The position numbers were made by a program, and so were the translations under genes. Positions 39,112 to 49,718 of a stretch of 59,256 nt of DNA are shown here, piece after piece. The stretch's first letter is position 1. Every line of letters begins with the position of its first letter. The stretch lies in contig NBNH01000347.1 in the NCBI GenBank assembly GCA_004379115.1, forward strand, positions 1-59,256, given 5' to 3'. A model generated the notes under the pieces. The model did no database searches, was not told the origin of the DNA, and was given only the letters and a program-made list of their open reading frames with translations. This DNA comes from Actinomycetales bacterium mxb001 (lineage in GTDB: Bacteria > Actinomycetota > Actinomycetes > S36-B12).

Positions 39112-40478
39112 GCGAATACACCTTCAACGACCCATGGTGGTTGATCCTGCTCAAGGTCCTGGCCATCTTCGTGGGCCTCGTGCTGATGACCCTCTTCACC
39201 ATCTGGTGGGAGCGGCGTGTGGTGTCGCGCATGCAAAACCGCATCGGACCCAATCGCGTGGGCCCTTTTGGTCTGCTGCAGTCGCTCATGGACGGCTTCA
39301 AACTCGGCCTGAAGGAAGAGATCATCCCCAAGACGGCGCACCTTGCCGTCTACTGGATCGCCCCGGTCATCTCCGCCACCATGGCGTTCCTCGCCTTCGC
39401 GGTCATTCCGTTCGGTCCGATGGTGAGCATCTTCGGCGTCGAGACGCCACTGCAGCTCACGGACTTCCCGGTGTCGGTGCTCTACGTGCTGGCCATCGCC
39501 TCGATCGGCATCTACGGCATCGTGCTCGCCGGCTGGTCGTCGGGCTCGACCTACCCGCTCCTGGGCGGCCTGCGCTCCTCGGCCCAGATGATCTCCTACG
39601 AACTCGCGATGTCGATGTCGTTCGTCGCCGTCTTCCTCTACGCCGGCACGATGTCGACGTCCGGCATCGTCGCGGCCCAGGAGCCCATCTGGTACGCCGT
39701 GATCCTCCTGCCGTCCTTCCTCATCTACGTGACGGCGATGGTGGGCGAGACCAACCGTGCACCCTTCGACCTGCCCGAAGCTGAGGGCGAGCTCGTGGGT
39801 GGCTTCCACACGGAGTACTCCTCGCTGAAGTTCGCGCTGTTCTTCCTGGCCGAATACATCAACATGGTCACCGTCTCCGCCCTGGCCACCACCCTCTTCC
39901 TCGGTGGCTGGATCGCTCCGTGGCCGCTGTCGCTGTGGGACGGCGCCAACGTCGGCTGGTGGCCGCTGCTCTGGTGGTTCATCAAGGTTCAGCTCTTCAT
40001 CTTCGTCTTCATCTGGCTGCGCGCGACCCTTCCTCGCCTGCGCTACGACCAGTTCATGCGATTCGGCTGGAAGATCCTCATCCCGGCGTCCCTGGTCTGG
40101 ATCGTCGTCGTTGCCACGGCGCGAGTCGTGCGCAACGAGTTCTCGGTGACGACGCAGGAACTCCTCCTCGTAGGTGGAGGCCTCCTCATCATCATCGTGG
40201 TCGGGTCCTGGGTGCTTCAGGTGCGCACGGAGCGCAAGGAGAAGGCACTCATCGAGGCTGCGCAGCAAGAGATCGACAAGCCCTTCGACCCCTACGCCGG
40301 CGGATACCCCGTCCCGCCGCTGCCCGGCCAGGAGTTCACGTTCACCTCGCGACGGGCGCGTGCGGCCTCCTCCACCACGGTCGAGGGCACTGCCACCCGC
40401 ACCGCGGTCATGCCCGGCGGGTCGGCAGAGCCGCCCGTGTCGGGCTCCACTGCACCGGAGGAGGACACCCATGGCTGA
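39108..40478 (+). CDS. nuoH: NADH-quinone oxidoreductase subunit H
   Basis: [28 protein letters not shown] overlap with nuoG. 84-aa hydrophilic C-terminal tail. Confidence 0.9.
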   Translation: MSEYTFNDPWWLILLKVLAIFVGLVLMTLFTIWWERRVVSRMQNRIGPNRVGPFGLLQSLMDGFKLGLKEEIIPKTAHLAVYWIAPVISATMAFLAFAVIPFGPMVSIFGVETPLQLTDFPVSVLYVLAIASIGIYGIVLAGWSSGSTYPLLGGLRSSAQMISYELAMSMSFVAVFLYAGTMSTSGIVAAQEPIWYAVILLPSFLIYVTAMVGETNRAPFDLPEAEGELVGGFHTEYSSLKFALFFLAEYINMVTVSALATTLFLGGWIAPWPLSLWDGANVGWWPLLWWFIKVQLFIFVFIWLRATLPRLRYDQFMRFGWKILIPASLVWIVVVATARVVRNEFSVTTQELLLVGGGLLIIIVVGSWVLQVRTERKEKALIEAAQQEIDKPFDPYAGGYPVPPLPGQEFTFTSRRARAASSTTVEGTATRTAVMPGGSAEPPVSGSTAPEEDTHG

Positions 40479-41049
40479 GTTGCCCCCCGCCGTTCGTGGG
40501 TTCGGCGTCACCTTCAAGACGATCTTCAAGAAGGTCGTCACCGAGCAGTACCCCGAGCAGGCTGATCGCTTCCCACCCAAGCCGCGGTTCCATGGCCGCC
40601 ACCAGCTCAATCGCTGGCCTGATGGCCTTGAGAAGTGCGTGGGCTGCGAACTGTGCGCGTGGGCCTGCCCGGCCGACGCGATCCTCGTCGAGGGTGCCGA
40701 CAACACCGACACCGAGCGCTTCAGCCCCGGTGAGCGCTACGGCCGCGTCTACCAGATCAATTACCTGCGCTGCATCTTCTGCGGACTGTGCATCGAGGCC
40801 TGCCCGACGCGCGCCCTGACGATGACCAACGTCTACGAGCTTGCCGACGACAACCGGGCTGACCTCATCTTCGAGAAGCAGGAGCTCTTGGCCCCGCTCC
40901 TGCCCGGCATGATCGCCCCGCCGCACCCGATGGTGCCGGGCACCACCGAGAAGGACTACTACGCCGGTAAGGTCACGGGCTCGGTACCGGAGCAGGAGCC
41001 AGATGGTGACACCGCCATCTGGCACGCGACCCAGGGAGAGAAGGCGTGA
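40471..41049 (+). CDS. nuoI: NADH-quinone oxidoreductase subunit I
   Basis: Two CxxCxxCxxxCP motifs ([24 protein letters not shown]). 8-nt overlap with nuoH. Confidence 0.95.
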   Translation: MAELPPAVRGFGVTFKTIFKKVVTEQYPEQADRFPPKPRFHGRHQLNRWPDGLEKCVGCELCAWACPADAILVEGADNTDTERFSPGERYGRVYQINYLRCIFCGLCIEACPTRALTMTNVYELADDNRADLIFEKQELLAPLLPGMIAPPHPMVPGTTEKDYYAGKVTGSVPEQEPDGDTAIWHATQGEKA

Positions 41050-41885
41050 CCTCCACGGAGCCCACCACGGCCGAGGCCGTGGTCTTCTGGGTCTGCGCCA
41101 TCCTCTCGGTCACTGGCGGCATCGGCCTGATCCTGTCGCGCCGCGCGGTGCACAGCGCCCTGTGGGTGGCGCTGACGATGATCAGCCTGGCGGTCCTCTA
41201 CATCGCTAACGCGGCGCCGTTCCTCGGCATGGTGCAGATCATCGTCTACACCGGCGCGGTCATGATGCTCTTCCTCTTCGTGCTGATGGTCGTGGGCGTC
41301 GACTCATCTGATTCCCTCGTCGAGACGCTGCGCGGACAGCGCGTCGCGGGCATCCTGCTGGCCGTCGGATTCGGTCTCCTGCTGGCGATCGGGCTCGGCA
41401 GCGCGCTCAGTGGCGTGCCGGTGGTCGGGCTTGATGGCGCGAATGGCCAATACGGCGGCAACGTCGAAGGCCTCGCGCGCCTGCTGTTCTCCGAATACAT
41501 CCTCGCCTTCGAAATCGTCGCCGGGCTGCTCATCGTGGCCGCCCTGGGCGCGCTGGTCCTCGCGCATCGCGAGCGCTGGCAGCCCCGACGCACGCAGCGC
41601 GAGATCTCCCAGGAGCGCACCCGCACCGGGGTCCACCCGGTGCCGCTGCCCCCTCCCGGCGTGTACGCGCGGCACAACGCCGTCGATACGCCCGCTCTGC
41701 TGCCCGACGGCAGCGTCGCGGAGATCTCCGTACCCGGCCCGCTCCGCGCGCGCGGCGACCTCCGCCCAGTCGACACGGCTGCGGTAGCCGAGACCGCAGC
41801 GCTTGCCTCGGGCGAGGCGTCCTACGGTCCGTCGAAGCGGCCCGTGGCCGACGATCCCGGCACGTCTCCGGGGGAGCCGTCGTGA
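41046..41885 (+). CDS. nuoJ: NADH-quinone oxidoreductase subunit J
   Basis: TM core plus a 105-aa Pro/Arg-rich C-terminal tail. GTGA overlap with nuoI. Confidence 0.9.
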   Translation: MTSTEPTTAEAVVFWVCAILSVTGGIGLILSRRAVHSALWVALTMISLAVLYIANAAPFLGMVQIIVYTGAVMMLFLFVLMVVGVDSSDSLVETLRGQRVAGILLAVGFGLLLAIGLGSALSGVPVVGLDGANGQYGGNVEGLARLLFSEYILAFEIVAGLLIVAALGALVLAHRERWQPRRTQREISQERTRTGVHPVPLPPPGVYARHNAVDTPALLPDGSVAEISVPGPLRARGDLRPVDTAAVAETAALASGEASYGPSKRPVADDPGTSPGEPS

Positions 41886-42181
41886 GCGTCGAGAACTACA
41901 TCGTCCTAGCGTGCGTGCTCTTCACGCTGGGTGCCATCGGCGTGCTCGTGCGCCGCAACGCCATCGTCGTGTTCATGTCGATTGAGCTCATGCTCAACGC
42001 CGCCAACCTCGCGTTCGTGGCCTTCGCTCGCATGAACGGCAATCTCGATGGTCAGGTGATCGCCTTCTTCGTCATGGTCGTTGCAGCGGCCGAGGTCGTC
42101 GTGGGACTCGCCATCATCGTCACCGTCTATCGTTCGCGGCGCTCGGCCTCGATCGACGAACCAAACCTGCTGAAGTACTGA
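41882..42181 (+). CDS. nuoK: NADH-quinone oxidoreductase subunit K
   Basis: 99 aa, 3 TM segments, [10 protein letters not shown] motif. Confidence 0.95.
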   Translation: MSVENYIVLACVLFTLGAIGVLVRRNAIVVFMSIELMLNAANLAFVAFARMNGNLDGQVIAFFVMVVAAAEVVVGLAIIVTVYRSRRSASIDEPNLLKY

Positions 42182-42239
42182 CCCCCGCTCGGGTGACCGG
42201 GCAAACCTTGAGGATCAACGTGGAAGAGAAGGAGGCGCC

Positions 42240-44177
42240 GTGATCGGGAACGGCGCTGTCGTCCTCGCTGAGGGCGCGCCCAGCCTGCAGCCGCTGACCG
42301 CGGCGACAGGCGTCTTCGGCTACCTCTGGATCCTCATCGCCCTGCCGTTGTTCGGTGCTGCCGTCCTGCTCCTGGGCGGCCGGCGCACCAACAAGTGGGG
42401 TCCGTATCTCGGCGTGCTGACCGTGAGCCTGGCCGCGATCTACGCGATCATCCTGCTCGTCAGCCTCATGGGCCGCCCCGCGGAGGAGCGGGCGATCGGC
42501 CAGACCTTGTTCGAGTGGGTCTTCGTCGGCGGGTTCAGCGTGCCGGTCGCCCTGCAACTCGATCAGTTGTCGATGGTCTTCGTCCTGCTGATCACCATCG
42601 TCGGTTCACTGATCCACGTCTACTCGCTCGGCTACATGGAGCACGACCCCGACCGCCGCAGGTTCTTCGGGTTCCTCAACCTCTTCATCGCGAGCATGCT
42701 GCTGCTGGTCCTCGCCGACAACTACCTCCTGCTCTACGTGGGCTGGGAGGGCGTGGGCCTGGCCTCCTACCTGCTCATCGGCTTCTGGCAGTGGAAGCCG
42801 AGCGCCGCAGCCGCCGCCAAGAAGGCCTTCATCATGAACCGGGTCGGCGACGTCGGCCTGAGCCTGGCGATCATGCTGATCTTCGTGACGTTCGGCACCG
42901 TCACGTTCGACTCCGTCTTCGCCGCCGCCGGCGAGGCCAACGAATCGACGCTCACCTGGATCGGACTCCTGCTGCTGCTGGCGGCGTGTGGCAAGTCGGC
43001 GCAGTTCCCGCTGCAGGCGTGGCTTCTCGACGCGATGGAGGGCCCGACGCCGGTGTCGGCCCTCATCCACGCGGCCACGATGGTCACCGCGGGCGTCTAC
43101 CTCATCGTGCGGAGCAATCCGATCTACGACGGCACAGCCTTCGCTCTCACCGCGGTGGTGATCATCGGCGTCATCACGATGTTCATGGGCGCCATCATCG
43201 GTTCGGCGAAGGACGACATCAAGAAGGCGCTGGCGGGGTCCACGATGAGCCAGATCGGCTACATGGTTCTCGCCGCCGGTCTCGGTCCCATCGGCTACGT
43301 CTTTGCGATCTTCCACCTGCTCACGCACGGCGTCTTCAAGGCCAACCTGTTCCTCGGCGCTGGATCCGTCATCCACGGTATGAACGACGAGCAGGACATG
43401 CGTCGCTACGGCGCACTGCGCACGGTGATGGTCATCACCTGGATCACGTTCATGTGCGGCTACCTAGCCATCATCGGAATCCCGCCCTTCTCCGGCTTCT
43501 TCTCGAAGGACGACATCATCCATGCGGCGTTCGAGCAGAACCTGCTCGTCGGTGTCTGCACCATGCTTGCGGCGGGCATCACCGGCTTCTATATGACGCG
43601 CATGGTGATCATGACCTTCTTCGGCAAGGCTCGCTGGCCCGACGATGCGCATCCACACGAGTCCAAGCCCGTGATGACCATCCCGCTCATCATCCTCGGC
43701 ATCGGCTCCGTCGTCACCGGAGCTGCGCTCCTCTACTGGGGCAACATCGAGAGCTGGCTCGAGCCGGTCACCGGCATCGAGGAGAAGCCGCTGCCCATCC
43801 CGGCGATCATTCTCGAGGGCATCACGTTGGCCGTCGTCCTCATCGGCGTAGCCATTGCCATCGCGAAGTACCGCAAGGAGGTACCGGTGGAGGCCCCGAA
43901 GGGCAACCTTCTCACCGTCGCCGCGCGCAATAGCCTCTACGACGACGCGATCAACGACGCTCTCGTGGTCAAGCCGACCTACGTGCTGTCCGACGGGTCG
44001 GTCTTCGTCGACGACCGGATCATCGATGGCACCGTCGAAGGCAGTGCCCGCTTCGTCGGCGGCCTGGGCTCGCGCCTGCGTCGCCTGCAGAGCGGATTCG
44101 CCCGTTCGTATGCGCTGCTGATGGTCGCCGGCGCGGTCATCGTCGTGGCCATCCTCTACCTGGCGAGGCTGCCGTGA
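42240..44177 (+). CDS. nuoL: NADH-quinone oxidoreductase subunit L
   Basis: 645 aa antiporter-like subunit with [39 protein letters not shown] upstream of the GTG. Confidence 0.95.
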   Translation: MIGNGAVVLAEGAPSLQPLTAATGVFGYLWILIALPLFGAAVLLLGGRRTNKWGPYLGVLTVSLAAIYAIILLVSLMGRPAEERAIGQTLFEWVFVGGFSVPVALQLDQLSMVFVLLITIVGSLIHVYSLGYMEHDPDRRRFFGFLNLFIASMLLLVLADNYLLLYVGWEGVGLASYLLIGFWQWKPSAAAAAKKAFIMNRVGDVGLSLAIMLIFVTFGTVTFDSVFAAAGEANESTLTWIGLLLLLAACGKSAQFPLQAWLLDAMEGPTPVSALIHAATMVTAGVYLIVRSNPIYDGTAFALTAVVIIGVITMFMGAIIGSAKDDIKKALAGSTMSQIGYMVLAAGLGPIGYVFAIFHLLTHGVFKANLFLGAGSVIHGMNDEQDMRRYGALRTVMVITWITFMCGYLAIIGIPPFSGFFSKDDIIHAAFEQNLLVGVCTMLAAGITGFYMTRMVIMTFFGKARWPDDAHPHESKPVMTIPLIILGIGSVVTGAALLYWGNIESWLEPVTGIEEKPLPIPAIILEGITLAVVLIGVAIAIAKYRKEVPVEAPKGNLLTVAARNSLYDDAINDALVVKPTYVLSDGSVFVDDRIIDGTVEGSARFVGGLGSRLRRLQSGFARSYALLMVAGAVIVVAILYLARLP

Positions 44178-45721
44178 CGTCGCTGCCCTGGCTCACCATC
44201 CTCATGGTCGTTCCCCTCGTGGGCTCGATCATCGTCATGCTCCTGCCGCGTGATCGTGATGTGCTGCCCAAGCAGGTGGCGCTGGGCTTCGCGCTGCTGA
44301 CCCTCGTCCTCACCGTCGTCATGGGCCTGCAGTTCGATGCGGATGCCACGGCACCCTTCCAGTTCGTCGAGAGCTATCCGTGGATCCCGGCGCTGGGCAT
44401 CTCCTTCAGCGTGGGTGTCGACGGCATCGGCCTCGTACTCGTGGCCCTGGCCGCCACGCTCGTGCCGGTCGTGATCCTCGCTGGCTGGAACGACGTCATG
44501 CCGGGATCGGGACGCAGCGTCAAGGGCTACTTCGCCCTGATCCTGATCCTGCAGACCCTCATGATCGGCGTCTTCGCCGCGACCGACGTCTTCCTGTTCT
44601 ACGTGTTCTTCGAGGTCATGCTCATCCCGATCTACTTCCTGATCGGGCGCTACGGCGGCGCCGACCGCAGCTATGCGGCCGTGAAGTTCCTCATCTACAG
44701 CCTCGTCGGCGGTCTGCTGATGCTCGCAGCCCTCATCGGGCTCTACGTCGTGTCCGTTCAGCAGCTCGGCCAGGGCACCTTCGACTTCGCTGCGCTCGTG
44801 GGCCTCGACATCGACCCCAACACGCAGAAGATCCTCTTCGTCGGGTTCTTCATTGCCTTCGCCATCAAGGCGCCTCTGTGGCCCTTCCACACCTGGCTGC
44901 CCGATGCGGCCAAGGAGTCGACCCCGGCAACCGCGGTCCTGCTCATCGGCGTGCTCGACAAGGTCGGCACCTTCGGCATGATCCGCTACCTGCTGCCGAT
45001 CTTCCCGGCCGCGTCGGAGTTCTACGCGCCGCTGGTGGTGGCCCTGGCGGTCATCGGCATCCTCTACGGCGCCTTGGTCGCGTTCGGCCAGAAGGACATG
45101 AAGCGTCTCTTCGCCTACAGCTCGATGTCGCACTTCGGCTTCATCGCCCTCGGCATCTTCGTGTTCACCACGTGGGGCCTGAGCGGCTCGACGTTCTACA
45201 TGATCGCCCACGGCCTGTCGACGGCCGCGATCTTCCTGGCCGCGGGCTTCTTGATGAACCGCGCCGGTGGATCCAGCCTCATCTCGACCTATGGCGGCGT
45301 CAACAAGGTCGCCCCCGTCCTCGCCGGCTTCTTCCTGTTCGCCGCGCTGTCCGCGCTCGCGCTGCCGGGCCTGGCCAGCTTCATCGGCGAGTTCCTCGTC
45401 CTGCTGGGCACGTTCGCGGTCAACGTGCCGGTCGCCGTCATCGCCACGCTGGGCATCGTCATCACCGCGGGCTATGCCCTGAAGCTCTACCAGAAGGTGG
45501 CCACCGGGCCGCCGTCGCCGGCCGTCGAAGGCATGAGCGACCTGCGCGGTCGCGAGATCACCACGCTGGCACCGATCGTCTTCCTGACGATCCTGCTGGG
45601 TGTGTTCCCCGCACCTGTCCTCAACGTCATCAATCCCGCGGTCGAGCGCACCCTTGAGGTCGTCGGCGTCACCGATCCGCCGTCCGTCATTCCCCCGATC
45701 GTGCAGGGGAGTGCGCCGTGA
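44174..45721 (+). CDS. nuoM: NADH-quinone oxidoreductase subunit M
   Basis: 515 aa antiporter-like subunit. [18 protein letters not shown] overlap with nuoL. Confidence 0.95.
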   Translation: MTSLPWLTILMVVPLVGSIIVMLLPRDRDVLPKQVALGFALLTLVLTVVMGLQFDADATAPFQFVESYPWIPALGISFSVGVDGIGLVLVALAATLVPVVILAGWNDVMPGSGRSVKGYFALILILQTLMIGVFAATDVFLFYVFFEVMLIPIYFLIGRYGGADRSYAAVKFLIYSLVGGLLMLAALIGLYVVSVQQLGQGTFDFAALVGLDIDPNTQKILFVGFFIAFAIKAPLWPFHTWLPDAAKESTPATAVLLIGVLDKVGTFGMIRYLLPIFPAASEFYAPLVVALAVIGILYGALVAFGQKDMKRLFAYSSMSHFGFIALGIFVFTTWGLSGSTFYMIAHGLSTAAIFLAAGFLMNRAGGSSLISTYGGVNKVAPVLAGFFLFAALSALALPGLASFIGEFLVLLGTFAVNVPVAVIATLGIVITAGYALKLYQKVATGPPSPAVEGMSDLRGREITTLAPIVFLTILLGVFPAPVLNVINPAVERTLEVVGVTDPPSVIPPIVQGSAP

Positions 45722-47259
45722 CCCCCGACGTGATGCCCGCGCCGAGCATCGACTACATCGCGCTGCTGCCCTACATCCTCGTGGGCGCGGCCGGTGTCAT
45801 CGGCGTCATCGTCGAGGCCTTCGTCGGCCGTGGAGCTCGTCGCCCGATCCAGCTCGTGCTGGTGTTCGGATCGCTCATCGGGGCGTTCGTGATCCTCGTC
45901 GTCAATCGCGCGACCCAGGGGATCCAAGCCGAGGGTGCCCTGGCGATCGACGGCCCGGGCATCCTGTTCATGGGCCTGATCCTGCTGCTGTCGATTCTCG
46001 TCGCGCTTCTCATGGCCGAGAGGCAACTCGATCCGGCTGGCGATGCCTTCGCGCCGCGCGCATCGGCACTGCCGGGCTCCGAGGACGAGCGCGAGCTCAC
46101 CGTGCGCGGTTACTTCCAGACCGAGATCTGGCCGCTGTTCCTGTTCTCCGTCTTCGGCATGATGCTGTTCGTCACGGCGTCCAATCTCCTTGTGCTCTTC
46201 ATCGCCCTGGAGATCATGTCGCTGCCGCTCTACCTGATGGCGGGCATGTCACGTCGCCGTCGCCTGCTCTCGCAGGAAGCCGCCCTGAAGTACTTCATCC
46301 TGGGCGCGTTCTCCTCCGCCTTCCTGCTCTTCGGCATCGCCCTGCTCTACGGCTACGCCGGCAGCGTCGAGTTCTCCGCCATCGCCGATGCACTGGCGGC
46401 CGAGCCTGGCCAGACCGCTCTCGTGGTCGGCGGCACCGCCCTGCTGGCGGTGGGCCTGCTCTTCAAGATCGGTGCGGTGCCGTTCCACGCGTGGGTGCCC
46501 GACGTCTACCAGGGGTCGCCCGCACCCGTGACGGCGTTCATGGCTGCGGCCGTCAAGGTCGCCGCCTTCGGTGCGCTCTTCCGCGTCATGTACGTCGCGC
46601 TGGGTGGCGTGCGCTGGGACTGGGAACCCCTGCTGTGGATCATCGCCGGCCTGACGATGCTCTTCGGCTCCGTGGTGGCGATCGCCCAAACCGACATCAA
46701 GCGCATGATCGCCTACTCGTCGATCGCCCAGGCAGGCTTCATCCTCATCGGCGTCTCGACCGCCACCGCCCAGGGTCTCTACGCGTCGATCTTCTACCTG
46801 GTCGCCTACGGCTTCACCACGATCGGCATCTTCGCGATCATCTCGATGGTGCGCCTGTCCGGCGGAGAGGTGACCCGCCTCGACCAGTGGGCCGGCCTCG
46901 GCAAGCGCTCGCCCGTCGTGGCCACGTCGTTCGCGATCTTCATGTTCGCTCTCGCCGGGTTCCCCCTGACGAGCGGCTTCATCGCCAAGTTCCTGGTGTT
47001 CGAGTCAGCCCTGGCCGTCGACAACCTCGGCCTGGTAATCGTCGGCGTCATCGCCAGCGTCATGGCCGCCTTCTTCTACATCCGGGTCGTCGTCATCATG
47101 TTCTTCCGCGAGCCGGTCGAGGGCGCGCCAGCGGCTGCTGTGCCATCCGCCACCACGACGCTCGCACTGGCGATCTCGGTCGCGGTCACCGTCATCCTGG
47201 GCATCTTGCCCGAGCCGGTGATCAACCTCATCGAGCAGGCTGGCGTATTCCTGCGATAG
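45718..47259 (+). CDS. nuoN: NADH-quinone oxidoreductase subunit N
   Basis: 513 aa antiporter-like subunit. KIGAVPFHAWVPDVYQGSP. GTGA overlap with nuoM. Confidence 0.95.
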   Translation: MTPDVMPAPSIDYIALLPYILVGAAGVIGVIVEAFVGRGARRPIQLVLVFGSLIGAFVILVVNRATQGIQAEGALAIDGPGILFMGLILLLSILVALLMAERQLDPAGDAFAPRASALPGSEDERELTVRGYFQTEIWPLFLFSVFGMMLFVTASNLLVLFIALEIMSLPLYLMAGMSRRRRLLSQEAALKYFILGAFSSAFLLFGIALLYGYAGSVEFSAIADALAAEPGQTALVVGGTALLAVGLLFKIGAVPFHAWVPDVYQGSPAPVTAFMAAAVKVAAFGALFRVMYVALGGVRWDWEPLLWIIAGLTMLFGSVVAIAQTDIKRMIAYSSIAQAGFILIGVSTATAQGLYASIFYLVAYGFTTIGIFAIISMVRLSGGEVTRLDQWAGLGKRSPVVATSFAIFMFALAGFPLTSGFIAKFLVFESALAVDNLGLVIVGVIASVMAAFFYIRVVVIMFFREPVEGAPAAAVPSATTTLALAISVAVTVILGILPEPVINLIEQAGVFLR

Positions 47260-47269
47260 TTAGAGGGCC

Positions 47270-48268
47270 ATGAGTCCCCAGCCTGCAGGTTCCGTCCTCG
47301 GTCTCGGGGTCCTCGACCCGGACCTCGAGGCAAGCCTTGTCGCGGGCATGGCGTCCGTCGAGGTTGCCTTGCGCGATGCCGTGCGCAGCGACTACCCCTT
47401 CGTCACCGAGGCGTCCCGTCACCTTGTCGAGGCCGGAGGCAAGAGGTTTCGCCCGCTGCTGGTCCTGCTCGCCGCGCAGTTCGGCGATCCGCAGGCCCCG
47501 GGTGTCGTGCCAGCGGCCGTCGTCGTCGAGCTCACCCACCTGGCCACGCTCTACCACGACGACGTCATGGACGAGGCTGACCTGAGGCGCGGAGCAGCGT
47601 CGGCCAACGCCCGCTGGGACAACACGGTCGCGATCCTCACCGGCGACTTCCTCTTCGCCAAGGCCTCCGACATCCTGGCCGATCTCGGGCCTGAAGCTGT
47701 GCGCATCCAGGCACGCACCTTCGAGCGCCTGTGCACCGGCCAGATCCGCGAGACGGTGGGGCCGGAAGGCGGCGCCGACCCCGTGGAGCATCACCTTCGC
47801 GTGCTGGCCGACAAGACCGGCTCGCTCATTGCCACGTCCGGTCGCTTCGGCGCGATGATGTCGGGTGCCGATCCGCGCATCGTCGACACCATGACCACGT
47901 TCGGCGAGAAGATCGGCGTGGCCTTCCAGCTCGCCGACGACATCGTCGACATCACCAGCGACAGCAGCGACTCGGGCAAGACCCCGGGCACCGACCTGCG
48001 CGAAGGGGTACCCACCCTGACCGCGCTCATCGCGCTCAGCGACGCCGACCCGCGCCTGCGCGATCTCCTCACCCGGCCCCTGCCCGATGACCTGGACCAC
48101 GCCGAGGCGTTGGCGACGTTGCGCGATCACGCTGCCCTCGCCCAGGCCCGCGCTGAGGCTCGTCGCTGGGCCGATGATGCCCGCGCGACGCTGGTCGATC
48201 TGCCCGAGGGATCGGCCCGCCAGGCACTCGAGGTGCTCTGCGACTACGTCGTCACCCGCACGGGCTGA
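47270..48268 (+). CDS. Polyprenyl diphosphate synthase (menaquinone side-chain; heptaprenyl/GrcC1-like)
   Basis: First Asp-rich motif LYHDDVMDEADLRRG, second FQLADDIVD. Starts 10 nt after nuoN. Confidence 0.9.
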   Translation: MSPQPAGSVLGLGVLDPDLEASLVAGMASVEVALRDAVRSDYPFVTEASRHLVEAGGKRFRPLLVLLAAQFGDPQAPGVVPAAVVVELTHLATLYHDDVMDEADLRRGAASANARWDNTVAILTGDFLFAKASDILADLGPEAVRIQARTFERLCTGQIRETVGPEGGADPVEHHLRVLADKTGSLIATSGRFGAMMSGADPRIVDTMTTFGEKIGVAFQLADDIVDITSDSSDSGKTPGTDLREGVPTLTALIALSDADPRLRDLLTRPLPDDLDHAEALATLRDHAALAQARAEARRWADDARATLVDLPEGSARQALEVLCDYVVTRTG

Positions 48269-48271
48269 GCG

Positions 48272-49459
48272 CTAGTAGCCCAGCAGGCGCGCCACGAGGT
48301 CGGTCATCACCTCGGTCGATCCGCCGCCGATGCCCAGCACGCGAGCATCGCGGTAGTGACGCTCCACCTCGCTCTCGCGCATGTAGCCCATGCCTCCGTG
48401 CAGTTGCACGGCCTGGTCGACGGCGTACGCGCAGGCCTCGACCGCGGTCTGCTTGGCCATGGCGGCCTCGACCGCCACTGACTCGCCAGCGGCGTAGCGC
48501 GCGGCAATCTCGCGCGTGTAGGTGCGTGCCACCTCGATGCGCCGGTGCATCTCCACGAGCGTGTGGCGCACGACCTGGCGGGTGATGAGGGGTCGTCCGA
48601 AGGTCTCGCGGTCGCGTACCCACGCGAGGGTGAGATCGAGGGCGCGCTGCCCCGTGGCGTAGGCCGTCACAGCCAGGGAGATGCGTTCGGAGACGAAGTG
48701 CTGGGCCAGGGAGGCAAAGCCCTGCCCTTCGCCCAGAACATCGGCTGCCGACACCGGGACGGCGTCGAAGGCGAGTTCGGCGGTGTCACTGCACAGCCAG
48801 CCCATCTTGTCGAGAGCGCGCGGTGATGCATAGCCCGGTGCGCGCGGATCCAGGACCATGAGCGACAGCCCGGCCGCCCCGTCGTCGGCTGATCCCGTGC
48901 GGACCGCCGCGACGACGAGATCCGCGCGTACGCCCGACGTGATGTAGGTCTTCGCGCCCGTGACCGCCCATGAGCCGTCTGGCTGGTGCTGCGCGCGCGT
49001 GCGCAGATGGGCGACGTCGGAGCCGCCATCGGGTTCGGTCACGGCCAGGGAGGCGATGGCCTCACCCGCGAGCACAGGGCGGACATAGCGGTCGAGGAGG
49101 TAGTCGGCACCCACCGCGTCGCCGCGGACACGTCGGCGCTCGGCCTCATCGACGACGTGCGGGAGGGCGATCCCGTGACTGAATAGGCCGGCCACCACGC
49201 CCCCGCTGGCGCCACCCTCGAGCAGGGCTTCGGTGAAGGTGACGACGTCGACGAGATCGCCGCCCGAACCGCCCACCGACTCGGCGAACCCGATGCCGAG
49301 GATGCCGGCTTCGGCGGTCGCCCGGTGCAGCGAGCGCGGCAGGGCTCCGTCGCGCTCCCAGTCAGAAAGATGTGGGGCGATCTCACGGCGGGTGAAGTCG
49401 ATGACGAGCTCGCGCAGGGCTCGGCGCTCGGGCGTGGCATAGACCTCGGTGAGCGCCAT
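48272..49459 (-). CDS. Acyl-CoA dehydrogenase
   Basis: 395 aa. C-terminal QLHGGMGYMRESEVERHYRDARVLGIGGGSTEVM is typical of the ACAD family. Confidence 0.85.
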   Translation of the reverse strand: MALTEVYATPERRALRELVIDFTRREIAPHLSDWERDGALPRSLHRATAEAGILGIGFAESVGGSGGDLVDVVTFTEALLEGGASGGVVAGLFSHGIALPHVVDEAERRRVRGDAVGADYLLDRYVRPVLAGEAIASLAVTEPDGGSDVAHLRTRAQHQPDGSWAVTGAKTYITSGVRADLVVAAVRTGSADDGAAGLSLMVLDPRAPGYASPRALDKMGWLCSDTAELAFDAVPVSAADVLGEGQGFASLAQHFVSERISLAVTAYATGQRALDLTLAWVRDRETFGRPLITRQVVRHTLVEMHRRIEVARTYTREIAARYAAGESVAVEAAMAKQTAVEACAYAVDQAVQLHGGMGYMRESEVERHYRDARVLGIGGGSTEVMTDLVARLLGY

Positions 49460-49465
49460 AGCGCC

Positions 49466-49471
49466 ACCCTA
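49466..49471 (-). promoter_or_regulatory. -10-like hexamer TAGGGT, 6 nt upstream of the ATG at 49459
   Basis: Minus strand reads TAGGGT-ggcgct-ATG. Confidence 0.45.
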
Positions 49472-49676
49472 GGTCGGCGTGCTGGCGGTGGGAGAGGGGG
49501 TCGGGGCTCGGCTCGCCGCCCCACCGAGTCTCATCCCCCCATGGACGCGGCACCCCCCGAAGGTTGGCGACGAACCGAGCCCCCGTCGGTGACCCGACGG
49601 GTTCCGCCACCCCCGCGACTGGCGGACGCCTCCTGTCTACCGCCCTGGACCCTCATTCGGGGGACGGCGTACGGTC

Positions 49677-49696
49677 TATAGCCGGGATATAGCCGG
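49677..49696 (+). promoter_or_regulatory. Direct repeat TATAGCCGG-ga-TATAGCCGG (11-bp period) just upstream of the LuxR-type gene
   Basis: Two identical 9-mers at 49677..49685 and 49688..49696. This is an unusually AT-rich patch for this DNA. Confidence 0.35.
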
Positions 49697-49718
49697 AGCC
49701 CGTGGGGAGGTGGCGGTC

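Noticed and set aside
38802-40712. 636-aa ORF on the minus strand
   Set aside because: It is antisense to nuoG/nuoH/nuoI, has the same biased composition, and shows no motifs.
42395-47273. Long same-strand alternative-frame ORFs inside nuoL, nuoM and nuoN (42395..43933, 44380..45657, 45600..47273)
   Set aside because: They are frame-shifted readings of strongly hydrophobic antiporter-like genes. They give Arg/Pro/His-rich products and have no independent start signals.
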